Below, piece after piece: positions 51,906 to 62,206 of a DNA stretch of 64,000 nt. Source of the DNA: Bilabrum cf. latius (lineage: Eukaryota); the NCBI GenBank assembly GCA_965178125.1, contig OZ237735.1, positions 744,001 to 808,000 on the forward strand. Reading direction: 5' to 3'. The position numbers were made by a program, and so were the translations under genes. Under the pieces are notes generated by a model that ran no database searches, was not told the DNA's origin, and was given only the letters and a program-made list of their open reading frames with translations. Every line of letters starts with the position of its first letter. Position 1 is the first letter of the stretch.

Positions 51906-54900
51906 ATGAGTGGTGTGCGAGACTCACTAGATCATGCAGATTAGCTACTCAAGGATATCCGTTCAGTAAATAGAATGGTAGGTCGTCATGAACGGCTTTC
52001 AACCCTCGCTGGATCGAAACTCTCTGCGTCACTCAAAGTCGACACGCTGCAGTCAAGGATCCCGATGGCACCGTGAGATATGCACGTAGATGATTCCCCC
52101 TGAATAGAAATTATTGGCAACATTGCGTGGAAACACAATTCTATTTGGCCTAACCGCAGTGTGCTTGCCCGTCGGGACACTCGAAGCCAGCTGCACAGCA
52201 GAACCAGTATCGAGAGCCGCAGCGGAAATGCTTTAGGCCTGTACGCAGGCGCAGGTGCTCACCATAGTCATCATCTTGAAAGTGGCTATGCTCGTGCATC
52301 CAGGGCTCTTGGTTCACGGGAAGTGGGTCGCCTCGGTCGGCCAGGGATTCAGTCGTCCTCCGCATCAGATCTGGTTGCCGCTGCATTAGAGGAGGTTTCA
52401 CATGCCGTCAGCCACGACAGTGGCATCGACAGAACAAGTGGACGTCGACTAGAATGGAAGTTCGGCGCATGTCTGTACTCAAAGAGCGGGCGGCAGTTCA
52501 GAGGACGCACGTTGCGGTTCGGAGCATCTCGGCTGGACCCTCCCGCTGACGTTGCTGCGGTACAGAATGCCCTCATGCATGCTGCTGAAGAGTAGGAGAC
52601 AGAATTTGCGGCCCTGTATTTGGCAAGTAACTGCCCTGATCGATTCTTGGCTCCAAGCGGCGCTGCCCGGGATTTGCTCGTGCCAGTGGGCCCGCTGGAT
52701 GTGTACTGCGTGCGGCCCGACGGCGCGATGATGAAAAAGCCCTTGTTTGATCTCCTGCCGATGAGGCAGGTAGTGGACTCGCGGGAGCACGGTCGGAACC
52801 GCAGCGCGCGCGGCGCAGGCAAGCACGAGCACGATGACAGCGGTCGTGCTGGGTCCTACCAGGCCTCCGGTCAATCAGCTGCACGTGCTGGCAGCATTGG
52901 GATGGAAGAGTCGGGGCTCATTCGTCGGGATGTCATTCCAAGCACCACAGCAGATGATCTTCGCCGAGAGAGGCAGGTGAGGCGGTGGAGAGTCGCGGAC
53001 GTGTGCGAGTACGTGAGCGAGGTGCTCGAGCTGCCAGGGCTCGCGAGCAAGTTCAGAGCCGCATCGGTGGATGGAAGATCGCTGCTATCGCTCGTTCCAC
53101 GTGAGCACTCACACTCTGGCACGTCTTCGTCTGCTGTGCCATCGGGCTTAAGCTCAAGAAGCAACCTAGATGGCGATGGCACGGACCTCGAGACCTTGCT
53201 TGGGATCGAGAATCGGCTGCACCGCAGGAAGCTTGTGCAGGCAATCCAACGGCTTCAAACCGCGGATCTGATTGAAACTGGGCTGCAGGACGGTCGAGAG
53301 GACGACTTTCTTCTCATGGCAGATGCTCGCAGGCTGAGGCTGCTTGAAAGGTGCCGGGTCTTGCACGCAGAGCTTACCGCTGGGAAGAGCGTGGAGAGCG
53401 TGAAGGAGGAGCTGGCAGGCGTCGCAAATCTCATTGGTGCCGAGGTGCGCGTTGTACAGATGGCTGCCAGGGTGTGGGTTGACGAGCAAGGGAAAGGCAG
53501 TGGTGGAGATGCTACAGGGCGGCTGGGCAAAAGCACCAGCAGTTTTGTCGATTTCCTGCTGGCGCATGTGGACTAGCAGCGCGGCAGTGCAAGCTAGGAT
53601 CGATAGCTTCCGAGTATAAGCGAGCAATTTGGAGGTCGGACTCGTCGAGCGGGTGGCACGGCCGACTCTGCCAGGCGGGGCTTGGCATACCAAGTCAGCG
53701 GGTAGGGGTACGGCGGGAGGGCGCCTCGGCCGGATGGGACCATTCCACGAACCTCTGTCCGGGGGACGCGCTTCTCCCAAGCTAGCACGAAGACAGCAAT
53801 CGCGGAGCGACCCCCAATCGAAGCTGCTCGGGATGCTATTTAGAGGGACCCGTCAGAGTCCAAGGCGGCAGAGTCAGCGGTGGGCACCGATGGCGGCAGC
53901 TCAGGTGTCCACGCGAAGCGCACACATTCCAGGCAGGGATCAGACCCGGCATACGCTTCCATCTAGCAGCGCTCAGGGATTGCCGGGCCTGGATCTGGAT
54001 CCGGACAGAAGTTCAACCTGCCATCCATGCTGCCAAGCGGACCCCTTGCTGGCACTCTGGGGCGCTGGATGGAGACCGCTACGACTGGTGCACTCGTGAC
54101 CCATCCCGGTTGCGACGACTTCGTGGACCAAGTTAGAGAGAACAGATTGCTCGGGGATAGAATCGAATTGGTTGAGGAGGAGATGAGAGCTCGCGCGCGT
54201 GCTCGAGCATTTAGGCGTGGCAAGCAAAGCAACCGAGCGAGGCGAGACGGGGCAGAGGCGGCTGCAGCTGAAGCAGAAGCACACGTCAGCGCAGTGGCTG
54301 CATTCGCAAGCCAGACGTGCTCTGTGGATGACGTGGCTGTCGCTGGCCTGTGTTCACACGCGTGCCGAGTGGGTGCGATGCCACATTTTGCTAAGCTCAA
54401 CCAGTCTGCAAAGAGCCGCACCATTGCCTTGCCAAGGGCGCGATCGCTGGAAGCAGCCATGACGGCCGTGTCAAAGGTGCAAGAAGAAGACTTGTTGTCT
54501 TGCGATGCAGAGCCAGAGCCTCATAGCCGCGCTGGCCGGCTGTTGCAGCTGCGTGTCGATGCCTGCTAGCAGCGTATCGAGGCGACGCATGCCAATCTCT
54601 GCGAGCTGATTCAAGGAGCTGTCTCTGCCGAAACTCTTGGTAGACTGGAATAGGACCAACTACTTCGATTGTTTCAAGTGTTTCGGGCCGCGTGCGAGAG
54701 GTCTGTCGCTGCCAGTAGCGACGCTGCAGTGTCTGGCACAGACGGTGACGACTCGGAGGATGCTGCCACCACTGGTCGAGAGCAACTTCTGAACCTAGTC
54801 GGCAGAATTTGCAAGCAAGCATCTCTCAAGTCAGGCACAGAAATCCTTCCCTCCAAACCTGACGGGGCCAGGGGCAGGGTTGGCCGATCTCGGAGCGCTC

Positions 54901-57900
54901 GCGGCAACCGCGAGAAGGGCAAGTCTGCGCTTCTGCAAGCCTTCAAGAAAGTAGACAGGGATCGATCAGGGAAACTAAACAGGACAGAAGTGAACAATGC
55001 CATCGAGTCTCTTGGCTACAAGCTAAAACCGTGGGAGGCCAGCCTTCTGTTGGACAGCTTGGACGCATCTGGTGATGGCCTGGTCAGCTACGCTGAGTTC
55101 GCCGATGCCCTAGTCGCCCTTGCAGCCGAGGCAAGCATCGCCGCAGCTGAAAAAGCTGCCCAGATGGCAGAATCAGTCGGTGGCGCGGGATCCACTGATT
55201 TTTCTTCGCCAGAGGATGCTGCGAACCAGCTCCTACTCACGGTCGTCGGTCGAGCGGCACGGCAGGCCCGCGAAGACCAGCAGGATGGGTCTAGCATCAA
55301 GGAGAAGTCGGCCATCCTGCGCGTCTTTAAGGAAATCGACGAAGATGGAAGCGGCAAGGTGGGGCCCAAGGAGCTCGCTCGTGCCCTGCGGCGCCTGACT
55401 GGGTACACCGTAACGCGGTGGGAGGCAGAGTCGATAGTAGATGCGATGGATGCTGACGGGGATGGCCATGTCTCGTACTCCGAGTTCGCAAATAAGCTGC
55501 TTGAAGCAGGTGCTAAAGCAGCTGATGATGTTGAGCGAATGGAAAAACAGCAGGCAGCCTTGGACAAGTTAGGAGGTTCTGCGGGGGTAGTTGCTGTGCT
55601 TGGCAACGCAAGAGAGGCGACACCTGGCGGGGCGAGCGGATCGAAGGGCCGGCTGCTGGCCGACAAAACGGCTGTTCAGTGGGGCTTGGCGTAGCTAGGA
55701 TACTCGTTCCAAGCCACAGAAGACTCGACACCATCGAGAAGCTTGACTGCCATGGCCAGCGAAGTGCAGCCCCTTGCTGCGGCAGTTGACTCCCTGTTCG
55801 TCGAAAGGGCAGTGACCGGTGATCCTGGTGAGGATACGACAGATGCTGGCAGCGAAGCATCTGCCAAGATCGGATTCGCGGATTTTTGCGACCTCGTTGC
55901 AAGCTACTGCACCTATGGAAGCCCAGCTCACCAGGCTGCGTGCCGCGAGACGTTGCAGGCAAGTAGCCCAAGCGGGCTGATTGGCGATGTGGGCCGCACG
56001 CTGGGAACGTCGTTTAGGGCTTCAAACGGTTTTCCCGCCGAGGCTTCCTTCTTGCAGCCGAGGCCTTAGGATTTGATCTTGTCTCAGTAGATGGCAGAGC
56101 TTGAGAGCCGATTCGATCAGCTGGCTGCCGCACGCGAAACGCAACTTTTCGCGCCAGGACCGGACAGCTCAATGTAGCTTCAGAACATCGAGTAGGAAAT
56201 GCTCTTCCTATAGAACCAAGCTACCACACTGCAGGCGCAGGTTGGTGCGGGAAGTACGTTTGGACAGGCAACGGACCCACGGGCAAGGATGGGTCGATGG
56301 TCGTAGCAGCAGACCCTCATGCCCCAACTCCCAAGGCGCTCTGCGGACATGCGTGAGGTACCAGTTTGTATTCGCATGCTTGACGGGTGTGGGGAGATGC
56401 CTGGCTGTGACAGATGGTACGCCGGTGGGTGTACAGGCCTAGCACAACTGCATGCCCAGGCTTTCGTCCTAGCAAGGATGCTTCTGCTGGAATGTGCAGT
56501 GCGTGCCAGTGGGAACATCGAAGCGAGTGAAGCTGTGCCATGGCGAGGTGAATCAAACACCCTTGTGACTGCGGTTCTGTCCGAACCTCAGGAGCCTATG
56601 CAGGCAGCTGTGCCTGCGTCTGTGACCCCGGATGCCATCAAGTTGCTGGATGCTCATGCGGCGACGTTGAGATCAGTTCAGGCTGCAGGAGGCGCCGCCC
56701 CCGCCCCTGTGGATGTAGAGGCAACAGAATGGTGGGCTGGCCTCGATCTGGCTCTCGCAGGTGGGCCTGCCCTCCTTGCTCTGTGTTCGCTGCTCGCGTG
56801 GTGCGAGACCACAGCGAGCTTCGCCAAACGAGCAAGCTCTGGATTGCTTGCAGCAGCCGGTGACGACATCGATATGGAGCTGCAGGCGATCAACCTGGAG
56901 TCTGCAAGCACATACGTCGGTATCGCAGCCAGTTTGCTTGGGGTGGCTGCCGGCCTCTCCCCTGCACCGATTCGCGGCTCGTCCTCCTCTGCTCGCGGTG
57001 GTCGCCCTTTTACTCACCAAGTATCATGGCCCGTGTCAGAGAATCTGGCAGAACAGCTGGTTGGAGCACAAGGGGGGAGGCCCCGCAGTCTGGCAGGACG
57101 ATTTAGACGCTTTGGGTTCGGTACGCCCTAGTCGGCATTCTAGCAGCCCCAACAACACCTCTTCGACCAAGGGCAAAGCGCTCTTGCTATGGCGGATTTT
57201 TTGGCAGCTCCAAAGCCAGACGACCCAGATCGCCTTCTTAGACTTCGGTCCGGAGAGCCGCTGTTCTCGGTGGGCGACTGGGTAGAGGCACGCACGAGTA
57301 AGCGAGGTTCTTTCGAGCCGGCCAGAATCTCTGAGGTGTACCCAGCAGAACCAGATACTGGCGAGAAATGGGCATCTGTGCACCGGTATGACGTGATATT
57401 CGACAACGGCGATGCGGTTCGACATATTCCAGAAAAAGCAGTCTTGCCAAGGGGGCATCGGCAGCGCCTGCGTGCTGCCCAGCTTGCGGCTGGCACCCGC
57501 ATGGACCGCTTTGACGATATGTACGGCCCGATGTACGATGGGGACCACAGGCGCCGACGCGGCCGGTACCATCGTCACAGCAGACGCCATGACCACCGCA
57601 GGCACCATGGACGAAGCTCGCCTGAGTCTTCTGCCTATTCCGGTCGCAGCAGGGAATCTAGCCGCAGCTCAGGCTCGAGAAGTCATGGTTCCCGCGGGCG
57701 TAGAAGCTCCCCCAGCTACAGTCGAGATCATCGCAGTAGGCATTCCTTGCAGAAAATAAGCAGTGGCGACCGAGTTGAATTCCGGCCGCCTCACCACAGC
57801 CGCTGGATGAGTGGCCGGGTTGCGAGGGTACACCACGGCTCGTTTGGCGGAGCATAGTTCGACATTGACGCTCGGGATGGTAGATCGTACGACCGAGTTC

Positions 57901-59897
57901 CAGAGGAAAGGGTCCGAAATGATCGAGACGACGATAGTCGCAGCCGTAGCCGTCACGCGCGGCGCAGACGGGGCAGCCGCGACAGTCGCAGCAGCCGCCG
58001 CAGTGGTGACCGCTCACCGAGGTCTCGCAATGGCAGCGACAGTGATCGAGACAGAGACAAACGCCGACATACCTACCACAGGCGGTCTGACCGACATCGC
58101 CAGTCACCCCGAAGCAGATTCCGCAAAGGTGATCAAGTGGAAGTCAGGCTGCCTGAGAACCTGCGTGACAGAGGTGCGTGGAGACCTGGCAAGCTGATTG
58201 ATATTCGGTCTAGGGTAGAGTCCGCGGCCCAATCCCCACGATTCGAAGTGGAGCTGGAGCGCTCAGCAGAGCGCCGCAGTGGTGGACGCGTCCGCTCTGT
58301 TGTAGTACGTCGAGAGGAGGACTTGCGATCCTCAACTGAATCCAAGGATGCTGACAAGCTGGAGTCTGTGCTAGGCCTGGGCCTCGGTCCGTCAGGACCA
58401 AGTCGGGAAGGCAAAGGCAAATAGCCTGCCAGTGCGCGAAGTAGGGGTTCAGGGGCAGGCTCCGACAACGGAAGGCCTTCGTCGAGTCAAAGCGGATCCA
58501 AGTCGAAGAAGGGGGGAGGGGATTTAGAGTCGTTGCTACTCGGAGGGAAATCAGACCGCAAAAAGGACAAGCCCACTGCCAAGAAGTCGGACAAGGAGGA
58601 CAAGCCCGACAAGGAGGACAAGCCCGCTGCCAAGAAGTCGGAAAAGGAGGACAAGCCCGACTAGGAGGACAAGCCCGCTGCCAAGAAGTCGGAAAAGGAG
58701 GACAAGCCCGACAAGGAGGACAAGCCCGCTGCCAAGAAGTCGGACAAGGAGAACAAGCCCGACAAGGAGGACAAGCCCGCTGCCAAGAAGTCGGACAAGG
58801 AGGACAAGCCCGACAAGGAGGACAAGCCCGCTGCCAAGAAGTCGGACAAGGAGAACAAGCCCGACAAGGAGGACAAGCCCGCTGCCAAGAAGTCGGACAA
58901 GGAGGACAAGCCCGACAAGGAGGACAAGCCCGCTGCCAAGAAGTCGGACAAGGAGGACAAGCCCGACAAGGAGGACAAGCCCGCTGCCAAGAAGTCGGAC
59001 AAGGAGAACAAGCCCGACAAGGAGGACAAGCCCGCTGCCAAGAAGTCGGACAAGGAGAACAAGCCCGACAAGGAGGACAAGCCCGCTGTCAAGAAGTCGG
59101 ACAAGGACGATGGATCTGACGGTTACGATGACGCCAGTTTTGATTCTGACGGCAGCATCGAGATCGATCTGCCCGATAACTCGAAGACACATGGCAAAGC
59201 ACCACAGCGAGGGGGTAGCAGCTCAAAGAAGAAGCCCGCGAAATCTCCAGCTAATCGCAAGACTTCTGCTGAGGGCTCGTCGAAAGCACAGCCCAAAAAG
59301 TCGCACTTGTCCAGCTTGTCGGACCTCCCGTCTTTGGGGCCAACCAAGCCGAAAGCGCCCGGCGAGCCCGCCGCCAAGAAACCGCAGCGCCCTTCTTCTG
59401 CAAGACGAAGGCCATCGCCTTTGTCCACGGCTTCATCAGGATCAGGATCGGGATCCGCAACTGCCAAGATAGCTGCCAGCAAGTCCTCAACGAGCGGCCC
59501 CACGCCCCCAGGAAAAGGCAAGCTTGAGGCGGTCGCTGAATCAGCCGCCTCAGAGGCCCCTTCCAGCGACTCTGAACCCGAGACGGATGAGTCGGTGGCT
59601 TCGGACGACACTCTCGACGACGACCTCGACCTGCAGGTCGGCCAGAAGGTGCGGTTCGCAGCAGGATACAAGGGGGCCCCGAAACCTAGAGCGAGCGGGA
59701 GCATCTGCGGCAGTCGGAAGAAGGCAGGGAAGGCGGGCGGCGTCCTCTACGACGTCAACGTGGTGGACGGCTCAAAGATGGAGGTAGTGCGCGGTGTGCC
59801 CCGCCACGAGCTGACCATGGTCGGGCCTAGGCTCAAAGCTGGTAAAAAGGCCAGCGCGAGCCTAGATTCGACGGACTCAGAGGCGTCCACTGACTGA
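51906..59897 (+). CDS. Large multidomain protein: SAM + four EF-hands + four Tudor/Agenet-like repeats + Lys/Asp/Glu tandem repeat, ~2634 aa; intron 52073-52159
   Basis: SAM domain (WRVADVCEYV...VDGRSLLSL...LGIENRLHRRKL). EF-hands DRDRSGKLNRTE, DASGDGLVSYAE, DEDGSGKVGPKE and DADGDGHVSYSE. Tudor-like starts FSVGDWVEAR, SSGDRVEFR, FRKGDQVEVR and LQVGQKVRF. One frame with ~20 TAGs, ending TGA-TGA. Confidence 0.75.
58563..59106 (+). repeat. Coding tandem repeat, 51 bp unit (DKEDKPAAKKSDKEDKP), about 10-11 copies
   Basis: Near-identical copies of gacaaggaggacaagcccgctgccaagaagtcggacaaggag(g/a)acaagccc are visible directly. Confidence 0.95.
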
Positions 59898-60030
59898 TGA
59901 AAAGGTGTTGTGGTTGGTGCAACTTGAATGCTTGCCGCACTCTTGCAATGGTGGGTCATATCCAATCGCACATCTCCCAACGGTCACAGCACAGCTGCCT
60001 GTTCATGCCAATTACCATACTTTGAGGAAC

Positions 60031-61017
60031 TCATTCCCGACCCTGTACAGGAGCAATGCCAATCCACGGCTCGGGCGGCCTCCCATCCCTCCAAGCTTGC
60101 TCGAAGGCAGCCTGCGCCGCCGCTGCCGCTCTCTCCCTGGCCTCCCGCCTGCTTCCCTCCACCATGGGCAGCTCGGCCTCGAGCTCTCGCAGCTGCTTTT
60201 CGCCAGATGCGATCGTGAGTTCAAGCTTGTTGAGCTTGTCCCATCCCATCAACTTGTCGGAACCACTCGCCGTGGCCCCGCCTGCAAGGTCTAGCCTCCG
60301 CCTGAGCTATGTGGCTTCCTCTCGAAGCTCCGCCAGAACAGCCCTAAGCTCATCGGCCGCTTTGCGAGATGGACGCATGACTTCCAGTGGGGAACTGATT
60401 CCAGCTAGACCGGTGGCGGCCAAGTCCTCGGCATCTCCTTTCGCCTTCACGTCAACAACTTCCCGGAACGAAACCGTACCGTCCAGCTACGCGGCTCTGT
60501 GCACCACCGAATACACACTCTCTCTACATTCTGCCTGCAAGACCACATTAGTCCCATTGGCGAATTTAACTTCGATTTCTTGACTTGATTCTGGCCTGTC
60601 CACCTTTGAGAATTCCGGCTCTACCTCACTGCCCCTGATATCTATGAACTATTCGACCAGCTTGACAACTGCAGGTGCATTCTCATCAGCCCATTCTCTC
60701 GATTCGTGGTCAAAACGTAGTTCATAAATAATTGTGGACGGGATTCCTACAAAGAGCGTAGCAAGCATCAATATACCAGCGTAGTAGTAGTCCGACTTGC
60801 CTTCGTCCTTAGGTTGCTTTGGCTATTCGCCGTCACCAGACCCGCTTTCGCTACCACCAGTACTAGCTTTGGGATCAGCTTGTGCTGGTGGTGCTAAATC
60901 ATCCCCACTTGCCTTTGATTTTTGGCTGGCCGAAACCTCAACAGCGAACCGGACTGCGCAACCGTGCAAATGATCAATTCTTGTTCTCCGGACCCCCAAA
61001 CCAACAGCCCTTATCAT
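60031..61017 (-). CDS. Hypothetical single-pass, probably mitochondrial protein, ~328 aa
   Basis: One frame from ATG 61017 to TGA 60031 with 4 TAGs. It has an Arg-rich presequence-like start (MIRAVGLGVRRTRI), a hydrophobic segment (YYYAGILMLATLFVGIPSTIIY) and a C-terminal coiled coil. Confidence 0.65.
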
Positions 61018-61253
61018 CACACGGGTACCATAAGAAGAAATTTGGCGCAAACGAGTCACTCCGTGCATTGATCGCATCGGTGTGAGCGATAATTGCTTTC
61101 GTGATGGTGGTTGCGTGTGTTTTGGGGCAATTCTGTTTTTCGAGGTTGCGCATTTGATCATATCTGCTGCAGCTTACCCAGCAGTTGCCGAGTAGATACC
61201 CGTGTGAAAGCAATAGTTCCTTTATTAAGTTAGTTTGGTGCTACCTTGAGAAA

Positions 61254-61496
61254 ATGGTTCTTCAAGGCCAGGACGCTTGGCGAAAGCACCCCTCGTTGGT
61301 CCGAGGCGTACGCGCTGCATGGTTTCGAGGACCTGAGACACTAGCCGTGATCCTTGGATTTACCGCTGTATCTTATGCTGGTAAGGCAATGGGATTGTGG
61401 GGTGATAGCCATGGACATGGACACGGGCATGGGCATGGTGGCCATGGAGCTGCACACGGTAGTTATGGCTCTAGCAGTGCAGGCGAAACCCATTGA
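61254..61496 (+). CDS. NDUFB3: NADH:ubiquinone oxidoreductase subunit B12-like, 80 aa
   Basis: The QDAWRKHP motif is followed by one TM helix and a His/Gly-rich tail, as in plant and fungal B12 subunits. TGA stop, no TAG. Confidence 0.7.
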   Translation: MVLQGQDAWRKHPSLVRGVRAAWFRGPETLAVILGFTAVSYAGKAMGLWGDSHGHGHGHGHGGHGAAHGSYGSSSAGETH

Positions 61497-61602
61497 TTTG
61501 TGCAGGATAATCAAGTTCTTCTGTTTCAATACATTTAAATTCCTTGTTTACGTCTTGCAATTGTCTTGTGTATGCATATTTAATGCCTTTCCCGGAAGGC
61601 AG

Positions 61603-61637
61603 ACATGTACCGCTAGAAATACATGTACCGCTAGAAA
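61603..61637. repeat. Short direct duplication (acatgtaccgctagaaa x2) downstream of NDUFB3
   Basis: Two adjacent 17 bp identical copies at 61603 and 61621. Confidence 0.8.
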
Positions 61638-62206
61638 AAAAACTTGCGAAATGCTGCCTTAGACTGCCAGCCACCTTGGTGGTTTTGTGGGTCGACATTC
61701 GAGAGCCACAATTGTATGGTAACTGCTTACTAGCTCTGCGTGGCTGCTTAGCTCGGCACAGCTCCTGCGAGTACCACCCCACCCCCCCCCCCACCCCGCG
61801 TATCTGCTGGTCCTGTTCTGTGCTCTGCAGCATGCCTTGCGGCCGACCCTTGCCTGGTGCTTTATCTTCGTCCTCTCCACATCCTGAAAAGCAAGGTTTC
61901 GGTTCTCGCGAGGGGTACTCCCGTCGCCCAAGCAACTCAGCACCGAGAGCGGCCCGTCCTGGCGTGCATCTGCCAAGTGGAAATTCAGCTGCTGCTGCTC
62001 CTATACCCCCATTGCGATCCGCCTTGCTGGTAGTAGGAACTGCATGACCGAAATAGCGTTGCTCAACCAGTCAATGCAGGGGGCTGTGCTTCGTCTGGCC
62101 AATCCGATTTTGTCAAACAAAAAACTACACGTTACTAAATGAATCGTGTCCGGGCAAGACTGCGGTTTTTAGCCATTGGCGCTCGTAGCGTGTCGGTAAT
62201 CTTGAA

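Noticed and set aside
58551-59192. 213 aa hydrophobic repeat ORF (VLLVGLVLLVRLLGSGL) on the minus strand; also CRISPR-like periodicity
   Set aside because: It is the antisense shadow of the plus-strand KDE coding repeat. The units are contiguous with no unique spacers and there are no cas genes.
61659-62045. Possible 128 aa minus-strand ORF (MQFLLPARR..., one TAG) ending in TAA
   Set aside because: It has no recognisable motif and crosses a poly-G/C run. It would be the only TAA-terminated gene, but it cannot be supported without transcripts.
61497-62206. Search for a suppressor tRNA-Gln(CUA) in the larger intergenic gaps
   Set aside because: No cloverleaf or A/B-box pattern could be recognised by eye here or at 38231-38635 and 43947-44316.
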